This document shows, piece by piece, positions 39,001 to 48,796 of a stretch of 64,000 bases of DNA; the first letter of the stretch is position 1; every line of letters begins with the position of its first letter. The position numbers and the translations under genes were made by a program. Under the pieces are notes generated by a model. The model saw only the letters and a list, made by a program, of their open reading frames with translations. It searched no databases and was not told the origin of the DNA. Source of the stretch: an uncultured Actinomycetes bacterium (GTDB lineage Bacteria > Actinomycetota > Actinomycetes > Streptosporangiales > Streptosporangiaceae); contig CAVWLF010000001.1 in assembly GCA_963755815.1 (NCBI GenBank), positions 1 through 64,000 on the forward strand, given 5' to 3'.

Positions 39001-40521
39001 TCACGCGACCCTGGCCAGCGCGTCCGCCGGGCGCAGCCGTGCTGCCCGCCAGCCGCCGAACGTCCCGGCGATGAGGCCGCCGGCCATGGCCAGGACCACG
39101 GCCAGCACGATGACATCGAGCGTTACCTGAGCGGTCAGGTGCACCGGCACGGTGTGGCTGGCATTCGCGGCGGCCCGCCGGAAGCCGCCGCCGAAGCCAC
39201 CGCCACCACCACCGAAACCGCCGCCGAAGCCGCCGCCACCGCCACCGCCGAACGTGCGCGCGCCGCCCGGCGTCGCGCTGCCGGTCGTCGGGCCGATCGA
39301 TGCCGACAGCGGCCCGGACAGCCGGGTTACCAGCGTGGCGCCGAGGAAGCCGAGCGCGACGCCGGCGATGCCGCCCGCCAGGCCGATCACGAGTGACTCG
39401 CCCATCACCTGGCTGACCACCCGCCGGCTCCGCCAGCCGAGCGCCTTCAGCGTGCCGAACTCCCTGACCCGGCGGGCAACCGCCGCCATCGTCAGCAGGC
39501 TGGCCAGCAGGAACGCGGCGGCGAGCACGGCGATGGAGAGCCAGCGGCCGAGGTTGCTGGCCAGGCTGGACGCGCTGGACAGCGAGCCGGTCACCTCGCT
39601 GGCCAGGTCGCTGGAGTTGGTCACGGTGGCCTTGGGCATGAGCCCGGAGATTTCCTGCGATACGGCGGTGATGTCCGACGCGCTGCTGGCGGCCACGTAG
39701 ACCGTGTTCACCTTGTTCTTCAGGCCGGCCAGGGCCTGCGCCCGGGCCAGCGGAATGTAGGTGTCCGCGGCACTGGCGCCGGCCGGCACGCCGACCACCC
39801 CGATCACCTTGAAGCTCTTCTTGGCGATCGTGATCGAGGAGCCGACCTTGAGCTTGGCCTGCTTGGCGTAGTCGGAATCCACCACGGCGACGTTCGAAGT
39901 CGCGTCGGCGGCGGTGAACGTCCGCCCGGCCGTGACCTTGCCCGAGCTGAGCGGGCCAAGCTCGCCCTGGGACAGGTCAACGCCGGAGACACTGAACGAG
40001 CTCGGGGTAAAAGCGCCGCGGAACCTTCCGCCTCCGCCACTTCCGCCTCCGCCACCACCGCCGCCGCCGAATCCGCCGCCGCCCCCGCCGCCGGCGTTGA
40101 TCGACGGGATCTTTCCGGTGATCTTGGTGTCGGTGAGGGTCAGCCCGCCCGCGGCGGCCGCGACGTCGTGCAGCCTGGAGACGGTCGTCACCGACGCCGA
40201 ACTCAGTGTCCCGAGCCCGAAGTTCCCCAGGGTGTCGATGTCAATCTTGGTGCCGGGCGCGGGCCGGGTCCGCGAGCCGGTTGTCCCCCGGAACCCGAAC
40301 GAGCGGGGCCCGCCGGCGCTGGCCGCCGGGGCCTGCGTGACGGTCACGTCCGTGCCCACCCCGTACAGCGAGTGCAGCACGGTGCCCTGCGCGGTCCGCA
40401 CCCCGGCCGACAGCGCCGCGACCGTGATGACCAGCCCGATCCCGACGGCCAGGCCGGACGCGATGAGAATGGCCTGGCGCATCCGGCGGCGTAGCTCGCG
40501 CCGCAGGTAGGTGAAGAACAA
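39001..40521 (-). CDS. ABC transporter permease, FtsX/MacB family, with poly-Gly/Phe inserts
   Basis: N-terminal TM, large extracytoplasmic domain, then three C-terminal TM helices (FtsX fold). Two glycine runs: GGGGGGGFGGGGGGGGGSGGGG and GGGGGGFGGGFGGGGGGFGGGF. Confidence 0.8.
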   Translation of the reverse strand: MFFTYLRRELRRRMRQAILIASGLAVGIGLVITVAALSAGVRTAQGTVLHSLYGVGTDVTVTQAPAASAGGPRSFGFRGTTGSRTRPAPGTKIDIDTLGNFGLGTLSSASVTTVSRLHDVAAAAGGLTLTDTKITGKIPSINAGGGGGGGFGGGGGGGGGSGGGGRFRGAFTPSSFSVSGVDLSQGELGPLSSGKVTAGRTFTAADATSNVAVVDSDYAKQAKLKVGSSITIAKKSFKVIGVVGVPAGASAADTYIPLARAQALAGLKNKVNTVYVAASSASDITAVSQEISGLMPKATVTNSSDLASEVTGSLSSASSLASNLGRWLSIAVLAAAFLLASLLTMAAVARRVREFGTLKALGWRSRRVVSQVMGESLVIGLAGGIAGVALGFLGATLVTRLSGPLSASIGPTTGSATPGGARTFGGGGGGGFGGGFGGGGGGFGGGFRRAAANASHTVPVHLTAQVTLDVIVLAVVLAMAGGLIAGTFGGWRAARLRPADALARVA

Positions 40522-40618
40522 AGGAACTCCTCAGGGTCGCGGGCGCCAGGGCCAGGACGGGGCGCCGGGACACGAGCCGGGCGGCGACGTCGCGGCCGGG
40601 CTTGCGCCAGGCGCGCAG

Positions 40619-42544
40619 TCAGGAACCTGAGGAGATCCTGGCCAGCGATTCTGAACGGACCCTGTAAGGAGTCTGCAAAATTACCGGGTTCCGGCGAGGG
40701 ACGCCGGGCCGGTATACCTTCACGCCGTCCGCGGTGTAGCCGAGCCGGAAGCCGGTCTCGTGCAGATAGCGGATGGCCGGCCGGGTCCGGCCATGCCATC
40801 TCCAGACCAGCACCCAGCCGATGTCCAGGTGGCGCGCGTCCAGCCGGGCCGCCGCCAGCTGCGCCGGGGTGACCTGCTGGCCGTGCTGGACGGCCACCAG
40901 CTCGGCGAAGAAGGCATGCTTCCTGGCCGCGGCCAGGGTGGGACCGGGTATCCGGGACAGGAAGCCCACCGCGCGCGGGTGCCCGTCGGCGGTCGCCAGT
41001 ACCTGCGCCTCCGGGTCGAACCGGCCTCCGTAGACCGGGGCTCCGCCGCGGAGGCCGTACGGGACGTCGACGACGAGTGACCCGGAATGGTCGGCGGCGA
41101 TCGGCCGGTCGACGGCGGGCAGCGAGGTCGGCATGGAACCGATGCGGGGATTGCCGGACCAGCCGGCTTCCAGCATTCCGAGCGCCAGCACGACGACGAT
41201 GGCGGGGGCTGCGTGGTAGCGCAGCCAGTTCACCGCCGCGCCGGCCAGCAGGGCGGCGGGCACCATGCCCAGCATCAGGATCCGGGCCGGCTCCCGGAAG
41301 CCGGACAGCCCGGGGATGCGGACGAACCAGGTGTACGGCATCACCGCGGACACCCGCACCCCGTCCAGGGTGGTGGCGTCGGGAACGTAGACGTGCGGGC
41401 CGATCCGCAGCACCGGACCTAGGGCCAGCGCGGCGCAGCCGAGGCACAGCAGCGCCAGCAGCCATGCGCTGCGCCGCCGCCAGGCGGCCAGCAGCCCGAG
41501 CAGGGCGAGCAGGCTCAGCACCAGGCCGTAGGTGGGAACCCCGTCGATGAGCCGGCCAGAATAGATGAGCCCGGCGGGGACGTGCAGCCTGAGCTCGGTC
41601 ACCCGCGGGGAAAGCTCGAACATGCCGGGGAGCGGGACCGAGTAGGCCAGGTAGGAGGTGCCCAGGTCACCCGCCGGGGTGGTGGCGCCGCCGGATCTGG
41701 TCTGCTGGGCGATGGCGATGAGCTGCGGGCTGGCGACCAGCAAGGTCACCAGCCCGGCCAGCGCGGCCGGCCACAGCTTCGCCACCACCGGACGCCGCAC
41801 CAGCCACGGCACCAGCGCCGCGCACGCCAAGATGACCACCAGCACGGCCATCTCCTGATCAGTCAGCAGCGCCCCGCCGGCCACCACCCCCAGGACCACC
41901 GCCCGCCGCCACCCCGGCCGCCGCGTCAGCCGCACCGCGGCCTCCAGCGCCAGCGGCAAGAACAACGCCCCCGCGGCCAGGTTCAGGTGATACCAGGACC
42001 GCCACGTCAGCATCGACGACAACCCGAAAAACGCCCCCGCCGCGATCGCGCCCACCTGCGAGGGCAGCCACAACCGCGCCACCCGGTACATCGCATAACA
42101 CAGCAACCCCGGCATCACCACCGACAGCAGGTTGTACGACGCACTCGGCCCGAACACCACCGTCACCGGCATCATCACCACGCCCGGCAGCGGCATCAGC
42201 GCATGCAACCCCAGCTGAGCCCCCGCCGGAGCATCGATATAACGGGTAAACCACGGATTACCCAGATGCTCCACCTGCCGCGCAACCCACCAGAACCCCC
42301 ACACGTAACTACCCGCATCACGCGTCGCCGGCAACCGGCCCGCCAGATACGTCACCCGCGGCCAGCTCACCGCCATCCCCGCCGCCACAAACCCAGCCAG
42401 CACCCCCAGCTGAACCGCCACCGGACCACGAACCACCCGGAAAACCCGCCACCACCCGAACCCGCCCGGCCCGGGACCACCCGCCGCAACGCCCGGCAGC
42501 CTCCGGCCCGGCTCCGGCCCCGACCGGAGCCCTGACCGCCGCAT
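40619..42544 (-). CDS. large polytopic membrane protein, putative GT-C-fold polyprenyl-phosphate-sugar-dependent glycosyltransferase (copy 1, intact)
   Basis: 641 aa. About 11-13 hydrophobic helices in the first 450 aa, followed by a soluble C-terminal domain. Clustered with a Dpm1-like GT2. Family assignment not computed. Confidence 0.6.
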   Translation of the reverse strand: MRRSGLRSGPEPGRRLPGVAAGGPGPGGFGWWRVFRVVRGPVAVQLGVLAGFVAAGMAVSWPRVTYLAGRLPATRDAGSYVWGFWWVARQVEHLGNPWFTRYIDAPAGAQLGLHALMPLPGVVMMPVTVVFGPSASYNLLSVVMPGLLCYAMYRVARLWLPSQVGAIAAGAFFGLSSMLTWRSWYHLNLAAGALFLPLALEAAVRLTRRPGWRRAVVLGVVAGGALLTDQEMAVLVVILACAALVPWLVRRPVVAKLWPAALAGLVTLLVASPQLIAIAQQTRSGGATTPAGDLGTSYLAYSVPLPGMFELSPRVTELRLHVPAGLIYSGRLIDGVPTYGLVLSLLALLGLLAAWRRRSAWLLALLCLGCAALALGPVLRIGPHVYVPDATTLDGVRVSAVMPYTWFVRIPGLSGFREPARILMLGMVPAALLAGAAVNWLRYHAAPAIVVVLALGMLEAGWSGNPRIGSMPTSLPAVDRPIAADHSGSLVVDVPYGLRGGAPVYGGRFDPEAQVLATADGHPRAVGFLSRIPGPTLAAARKHAFFAELVAVQHGQQVTPAQLAAARLDARHLDIGWVLVWRWHGRTRPAIRYLHETGFRLGYTADGVKVYRPGVPRRNPVILQTPYRVRSESLARISSGS

Positions 42545-42634
42545 CCACGCCGGCCGCCACGGTCGAGCCGGCCCGGTCAGCGGCCGTCTCCGGTCCCGCC
42601 TCGCGGGAATCGATCACGCTCTGATCGGCCGCTT

Positions 42635-44736
42635 TCATCGCCGGGCAGCGCCGCCCGCGCGGTATACCCGCACGCCGCCCGCGCGGTATACCTTCACGCC
42701 GCCCGCACGGTGTACCTTCACGCCGTCCGGCCGGTATACCTTCACGCCGTCCGCGATGTAGCCGAGCCGGAAGCCGGTCTCGTGCAGATAGCGGATGGCC
42801 GGCCGGGTCCGGCCGTGCCATCTCCAGACCAGCACCCAGCCGATGTCCAGGTGGCGCGCGTCCAGCCGGGCGGCCGCCAGCTGCGCCGGGGTGATCTGCT
42901 GGCCGTGCTGGACGGCCACCAGCTCGGCGAAGAAGGCGTGCTTCCTGGCCGCGGCTACGGTCGGGGCCGGTACCCGGGACAGGAAGCCCACCGCGCGCGG
43001 ATGCCCGTCGGCAGTCGCCAGCACCTGCGCCTCCGGATCGAACTGGTCACCGTAGGCGCCAGTTCCGCCCCGGAGGCCGTACGGGATATCAACCACGAGT
43101 GACCCGGAATGGTCCGCGGCGATCGGCCGGTCGATGGCCGGCGGCTGGTGGCGATGGACCCAATGCCAGGATTGCCGGACCAGCCGGCTTCCAGCATTCC
43201 GAGCGCCAGTACGACGACGATGGCGGGGGCTGCGTGGTAGCGCAGCCAGTTCACCGCCGCGCCGGCCAGCAGGGCGGCGGGCACCATGCCCAGCATCAGG
43301 ATCCGGGCCGGCTCCCGGAAGCCGGACAGCCCGGGGATGCGGACGAACCAGGTGTACGGCATCACCGCGGACACCCGCACGCCGTCCAGGGTGGTGGCGT
43401 CCGGGACGAAGATATGGTTGCCGACCCGGATTACGGGGCCAAGGGCCATGACCGCGCAGCCGAGCCAGAGCAGTGCCAGCAGCCACGCGCTGCGCCGCCG
43501 CCAGGCGGCCAGCAGGCCAGCCACCGCCAGGACGCTCAGCACCAGGCCGTAGGTGGGGATCCCGTCGCCGATCCGGCCGCCGTAGATGAACCCCGGCGGG
43601 CCGTGCAGCCCGAACGCGGTCACTCGCGGGGAGAGCTCGAACATCCGGGGGAAGATGACGTCGTTCCCGAGATACGACCCGCCGAGGACGAGCTTCGGGA
43701 TAGTGGCGCCGCCGGATCTGGTCTGCTGGGCGATGGCGATGAGCTGCGGGCTGGCGACCAGCAAGGTCACCAGCCCGGCCAGCGCGGCCGGCCACAGCTT
43801 CGCCACCACCGGACGCCGCACCAGCCACGGCACCAGCGCCGCGCACGCCAAGATGACCACCAGCACGGCCATCTCCTGATCAGTCAGCAGCGCCCCGCCG
43901 GCCACCACCCCCAGGACCACCGCCCGCCGCCACCCCGGCCGCCGCGTCAGCCGCACCGCGGCCTCCAGCGCCAGCGGCAAGAACAACGCCCCCGCGGCCA
44001 GGTTCAGGTGATACCAGGACCGCCACGTCAGCATCGACGACAACCCGAAAAACGCCCCCGCCGCGATCGCGCCCACCTGCGAGGGCAGCCACAACCGCGC
44101 CACCCGGTACATCGCATAACACAGCAACCCCGGCATCACCACCGACAGCAGGTTGTACGACGCACTCGGCCCGAACACCACCGTCACCGGCATCATCACC
44201 ACGCCCGGCAGCGGCATCAGCGCATGCAACCCCAGCTGAGCCCCCGCCGGAGCATCGATATAACGGGTAAACCACGGATTACCCAGATGCTCCACCTGCC
44301 GCGCAACCCACCAGAACCCCCACACGTAACTACCCGCATCACGCGTCGCCGGCAACCGGCCCGCCAGATACGTCACCCGCGGCCAGCTCACCGCCATCCC
44401 CGCCGCCACAAACCCAGCCAGCACCCCCAGCTGAACCGCCACCGGACCACGAACCACCCGGAAAACCCGCCACCACCCGAACCCGCCCGGCCCGCCACCC
44501 CGCGGCCCGGCATCCGGCCCCCCGACCGGAGCCCTGACCGCCGCACCCACGCCGGGCGGCCGCACCTCAGCCGGCCGCACACCGGCCGGCGTTACCGGCG
44601 AGCTAGCCGCCGGACCCGGCCCGCTCAGTGCGGCCGGCCCGGGACCACCCGCCGCCACGGCCGAGCCGGCCCGGTCAATGGTCTGTGCCGGGCCGGAGGC
44701 CAGCGGCCCCTGCCGGTCACTGTCCGCCCGGTCCAT
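42635..44736 (-). pseudogene. tandem paralog (copy 2) of the GT-C-like membrane protein, interrupted by a 1-bp frameshift near 43150, with a C-terminal DGVKVYR repeat expansion
   Basis: N-terminal part ORF 42955-44736 and C-terminal part ORF 42635-43846 are in different frames. Each part aligns with copy 1. 790 bp (43704-44492) is identical to 41683-42470. Confidence 0.5.
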
Positions 44737-44769
44737 CCGTTCCCTCGCTTAGCTCGTCGCGTGCGCGGC

Positions 44770-45801
44770 TTACAGTCGTCCTTCGCTAACGGCCTGCTCA
44801 ATCCACGGAATGACCTCGTCGAGCATCTCGTCGAGCGTGGTGGTGGCCCGGTAGCCGAGCACCCGCCGGGCCTTCTCGACGTCAGGAACCCGCCGTTGCA
44901 CGTCGTGCTCGTACGGCTGCTCAGCCACGAAGCGGAACGGCACATCCGGGCCCTTGACCTTGCGCCAGATGAGCCCGGCCAGGTCGAGCACGGTCGTCGA
45001 CTCCGCGGTCGACAGGTTGAAGTCCTCATTGACCGTGCCCGGGTGCAGCAGCGTGGCGACGATCCCGCGGGCCAGGTCACCGCCGTAGGTGTAGTGCCGG
45101 ATCTGGTCGCCCTGACCGAGGATGCGCAGCGGATCCTGGCCCTTGAGCACCTTCTGCACGAGATCGGGAACGACATGCGACATGGCCAGCCGGACGTTTC
45201 CGGACAGCACCTCGGCCTGGCCAAGCGCCCGTCCCTCGCCGATGCCAACGCAGTTGAACGGGCGCACGATCGTGTACGGCAGCTGGTACTGGTCCCACGC
45301 GGCGCGGGCGAAGTACTCCACGGCGAGCTTCTGGAAGCCGTACGAGGAGCGCGGCGGCGGGATCCGCCGCTCGTCCCCCTCCCGGGACGGCCAGTTGTCC
45401 GTGCTCTCGTACACCATGGAGGAGCTGACATAAGTCATCTTTTGCAGCGTGCCGGATTTATGCGCCCGCAGCGCCGCGTCGCAACTCGACGCGATGATCC
45501 GCTCGTTAGTGGCGAGCAGATCGTAGGCATAGGCGTGAAAGTAGCTAATTCCTCCGATCATCGCGGCTCCGGCGATGAAGTGATCGCACCCTTCCAGTAG
45601 CTCGGCCAGCAAGCCGGCCTCAGCGGCGTCGCCTTCAACAAAATGGTGGTTCGGGTGGTCATCGAAACTATGCTTCACCGGCCCGTACTTGGAGAAGTTG
45701 TCGACCCCGACCACGGTGTGGCCCTGATCGAGCAACTCCTGAACCACGTAGCCGCCGATGAAGCCAGCCGAGCCGGTGACAAGAACCTTCGCCACGAACA
45801 C
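44770..45801 (-). CDS. NAD-dependent epimerase/dehydratase family protein (SDR, nucleotide-sugar modifying)
   Basis: Rossmann motif VLVTGSAGFIGG. Catalytic YxxxK (SSYGFQKLAVE). Extended SDR length. Confidence 0.85.
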   Translation of the reverse strand: MFVAKVLVTGSAGFIGGYVVQELLDQGHTVVGVDNFSKYGPVKHSFDDHPNHHFVEGDAAEAGLLAELLEGCDHFIAGAAMIGGISYFHAYAYDLLATNERIIASSCDAALRAHKSGTLQKMTYVSSSMVYESTDNWPSREGDERRIPPPRSSYGFQKLAVEYFARAAWDQYQLPYTIVRPFNCVGIGEGRALGQAEVLSGNVRLAMSHVVPDLVQKVLKGQDPLRILGQGDQIRHYTYGGDLARGIVATLLHPGTVNEDFNLSTAESTTVLDLAGLIWRKVKGPDVPFRFVAEQPYEHDVQRRVPDVEKARRVLGYRATTTLDEMLDEVIPWIEQAVSEGRL

Positions 45802-45852
45802 TCCTTCGTCGCAGTACTCGTATCTGGTCTCAGTACTCGCATGTAGGTCAGT

Positions 45853-46605
45853 TCAGCGCGGTGCCGCGGCATCGCTTTCCCGGCGCGCGGTCAGTTTCTC
45901 CAGGGTCAGCCGCGGGCCGAAGGCGAAGCGATACCAGTGCAGGTAGCCAGGCAGCCATTGCACCAAGTCGAAGCGGGACTCCCCGAACGAGCGATCCAGC
46001 CAGATGGTCGGGATCTCGGCGACCGGGCGTCCCAGCCTGGTGGCCTTCGCGGTGAGCTCGAGGCCGATCTCGAATCCGGCTCGCGAGTCAATTCCTACCT
46101 GCCGCACGAACTCGGTCGAGTAGGCCTTGAAGCTATTGGTGGCGTCCCTCGTGCCGACCCGGGCGAGCAGCCGCAGTGACTTGCCCGCCGATCTGGACAG
46201 CAGGCGCTTGAGCTTCGGGCCGCCAACCTGCTGGCCGCCCGGCATATACCGGGATGCGGCGGCGACCGCAACCCCCCGTTCCACTAGCCGGGCCAGGTCG
46301 TCGATCTGCCGCGGGTCGTCGCTGCCATCCGCCATCGTCACCACGGTGACCGGCGACCGCGCCTCGTCGAAGCCGGCCCGGATGGCGTTCGCGGGACCGG
46401 GACCGTAGCCATTGAGCACGCCGCGCACGCGCGCGTCCGCGCTGGCCACCTTCTCGATGTAGGGGACCGTGGTGTCGTCTGGCCGGTCGTAGACGACGAG
46501 TACCTCACACGGCGACGTCACCGCGGCCAGCACCCGGTCCAGGCACGGGCGAATGGCCTCGCCCTCGTTGTAGACCGGAATCACCACAGTGATCTCGGGA
46601 CTCAT
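45853..46605 (-). CDS. GT2 family polyprenyl-phosphate sugar synthase (Dpm1/GtrB/Ppm1-like)
   Basis: VVIPVYNE start motif. DxD (TMADGSDD). QxxRW-like region. Size and motifs match dolichyl/polyprenyl-phosphate hexose synthases. GGAAGAGG RBS. Overlaps the upstream dehydrogenase gene. Confidence 0.85.
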   Translation of the reverse strand: MSPEITVVIPVYNEGEAIRPCLDRVLAAVTSPCEVLVVYDRPDDTTVPYIEKVASADARVRGVLNGYGPGPANAIRAGFDEARSPVTVVTMADGSDDPRQIDDLARLVERGVAVAAASRYMPGGQQVGGPKLKRLLSRSAGKSLRLLARVGTRDATNSFKAYSTEFVRQVGIDSRAGFEIGLELTAKATRLGRPVAEIPTIWLDRSFGESRFDLVQWLPGYLHWYRFAFGPRLTLEKLTARRESDAAAPR

Positions 46606-47816
46606 ACCCGCATGCCTCTTCCGGTCACGCCCCACAGGTCCGCGACCGGCTTGTCGGTGACCAGGTCGCGATATTCCGGATGAGGTGCGGCAACGATCAG
46701 CAGGTCGGCGCGCTCAAGCACCTCGGCCAGCGATGTGAACCGCTTATCGGTGATGTAGGGGTCCGAGCACAGGACCTCGTTCGCCTTGAGAATCAGAATT
46801 TTACGGAGCTTATAGGACAAACTCTCCCGCGAGTCATCGCTGCCGGCCTTGAAGCCCATTCCCAGGACCCCGACGGTGAGTGCGGCGAGATCGTAGCGGG
46901 TCTCCAGCCGGGAGACGAGGTAGAGCGGGAGACCCTCATTGATCAGCATTGCCGAGTGGCCGAGCACGAATTTGTTCTGGTTGAATGCCGCGAGCTGCAT
47001 CGTGTCCTTGAGCAGGCACGGGCCGGCCGCGAAGCCCGGCCCCGGCATATCGGCGGCCCGCGGATAGTCGTGCCGGATGGCCCAGCGTATCCGCTCAAAA
47101 TCTAGCCCGTAGTCATTCGCCATCATCCAGAACTGATTGGCCGTCGCGAATTTGATGTACCGCCAGGTGTTGGTGAAAAGCTTAGCGAGCTCGGCTTCCT
47201 CGGGTTGCAGCCGGACGACCTCATTAGTCAGGATGCGGAAGAACTTTTCCGCCCGGTCGCCAGCACGGTCAGTGCGGGCACCGACGATTTGCGGCAGGTC
47301 GAACAGCTCCTCCATGGCATGTCCCTCGGCGATGCGCTCGGGGCAGAAAGCTATATCCACGTCGATGCCGCGTTTGCTGAGCATGCGCTCGGTCAATGCG
47401 GTGACCGTCGGGTGAATGGTGCTGCGCAGAATGACGAGCTGGCCGTCGACCAGATATTCGGCGCACCGGTCCAGGGCGGCCGGCACCGCGCCCAGGTCCG
47501 GGTTGAGATGCTCGTCAACCGGGGTCCCGACGACGACAACGAGGATCTCGGCGGTACCGACCACCGCCGGGTCGGTCGTGGCCGTGAGCCTGCCTGCGCA
47601 CACGGCCGCGCGCAGCGGCTCCTCGGCACCTTCCTCGGTGAACGGCATGCGCGCATTGCTGACAATTTCTACCGCAGCCGCGTTGAGGTCATATAGGCGC
47701 ACCGATAGGCCGCGCGAAGCCAAGGCCACGCCAAAGGGGAGGCCGACGCGCCCGCAGCCGCCAATGATCGCCACATCGGCCGAGAAGGATGGGGGGGCCT
47801 GCTTGTCCGTTGGCAT
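46602..47816 (-). CDS. UDP-glucose/GDP-mannose dehydrogenase family protein (nucleotide-sugar 6-dehydrogenase)
   Basis: N-terminal NAD motif VAIIGGCGRVGLPFG. Catalytic Cys region GPGFAAGPCLLKD. Three-domain layout. GAGGAA RBS before ATG 47816. Confidence 0.85.
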   Translation of the reverse strand: MPTDKQAPPSFSADVAIIGGCGRVGLPFGVALASRGLSVRLYDLNAAAVEIVSNARMPFTEEGAEEPLRAAVCAGRLTATTDPAVVGTAEILVVVVGTPVDEHLNPDLGAVPAALDRCAEYLVDGQLVILRSTIHPTVTALTERMLSKRGIDVDIAFCPERIAEGHAMEELFDLPQIVGARTDRAGDRAEKFFRILTNEVVRLQPEEAELAKLFTNTWRYIKFATANQFWMMANDYGLDFERIRWAIRHDYPRAADMPGPGFAAGPCLLKDTMQLAAFNQNKFVLGHSAMLINEGLPLYLVSRLETRYDLAALTVGVLGMGFKAGSDDSRESLSYKLRKILILKANEVLCSDPYITDKRFTSLAEVLERADLLIVAAPHPEYRDLVTDKPVADLWGVTGRGMRV

Positions 47817-48038
47817 GCTGTTCCTCGTCCGTTGGCATGCTGTTACTCGTTCGGGCGCAGACATAACGTCATCCGGCGGCTAGTTAAACTGCTGCGGAAA
47901 ACTACCGCAGCAGTCCCGCACCGCCTCGATGGTCCGCAGGCACCGGATTTCCCCGATTCCTTCCGAAGCCGAAGTGTACCTACCGGCGGCGTAACGTAAA
48001 AATCCATTACTTTACCGAGATCTGCACTTGGGGCGCAC

Positions 48039-48052
48039 TTGACGTACGTCAA
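48039..48052. promoter_or_regulatory. perfect 14-bp palindrome TTGACGTACGTCAA in the AT-rich region upstream of the nucleotide-sugar/GT operon
   Basis: Self-complementary over all 14 positions. Lies 220 bp upstream of the dehydrogenase start in a locally AT-rich spacer. Confidence 0.35.
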
Positions 48053-48067
48053 TATTCCAGTGGTGAT

Positions 48068-48709
48068 CTATTTACCCAGGCCGGGAGGCGGCGGGCAATG
48101 CTTTGCCAATAGCACCGGCGCCGAATCCGCCGGCCGGCCCGGAAGCGGCCCGCCGACCCGGTAGCGGCGGCCGTCGAGCGCCGAGCACCCCGACCAGCAG
48201 GTAGCTCGCCGTGGTGGCGAGCGCCGTGACGATGGCAAACGATCGTGCGTCCTGGCCGTACCAGCTGATCTCCGGCAGCGCGGCGAAGAAACCAGCCCGG
48301 CGAAGAGCCCGGCCCGCGGCGACACCAGCCGCCGCCCGATCGCCGCCACCCCGGCCGCCGCCGCGGCCATCGCCAGCGCCGACGGCAGCCGGGTGGTGAA
48401 CTCGCTGCTGCCGCCAAGCCGCACCACGACCCAGATGATCATGTAGTAGGCGCCGTGCACGGCGTCAGTGTGGCCCAGTATCCGGATCAGGGCGCCGAAC
48501 GGGCGGCGCACCGCCGCCAGGGTGGCGCCCTCATCCCGCCAGTACGACGGGGTAGTGATCCGCCAGAGCATCAGCGTGAGCGTGGCCGCCGGCGGGACGG
48601 CCCGCATCCAGAGCGGGCCGCCGGCGGCCTGATCCGGCGGCCGCCGGGCCGCTCCGGCCGTCTCCCCGGCTGGCCTGTCCAGGACGGCAGGCCGGCCAGC
48701 TGACGACAT
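48068..48709 (-). pseudogene. N-terminal fragment of a GT-C (PMT/ArnT-like) glycosyltransferase, truncated
   Basis: First ~130 aa (WRITTPSYWRDEGATLAAV...HGAYYMIIWVV) resemble the first TM helix plus DE-containing loop of GT39/83 enzymes. The remainder is low-complexity and there is no catalytic core. Confidence 0.35.
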
Positions 48710-48796
48710 GATGCGGTTCCTCCCGGCACGTCAGGCTACGACGAACGGGCCAGAACTAGCTACTGCCCGCAATCGGGAGAATACAAGAAGTGACGG

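Noticed and set aside
43099-45600. 833-aa ORF on the plus strand
   Set aside because: It is antisense to the GT-C paralog and the epimerase gene. It is highly basic and low-complexity (RRPHHQ-rich), with no domain signatures.
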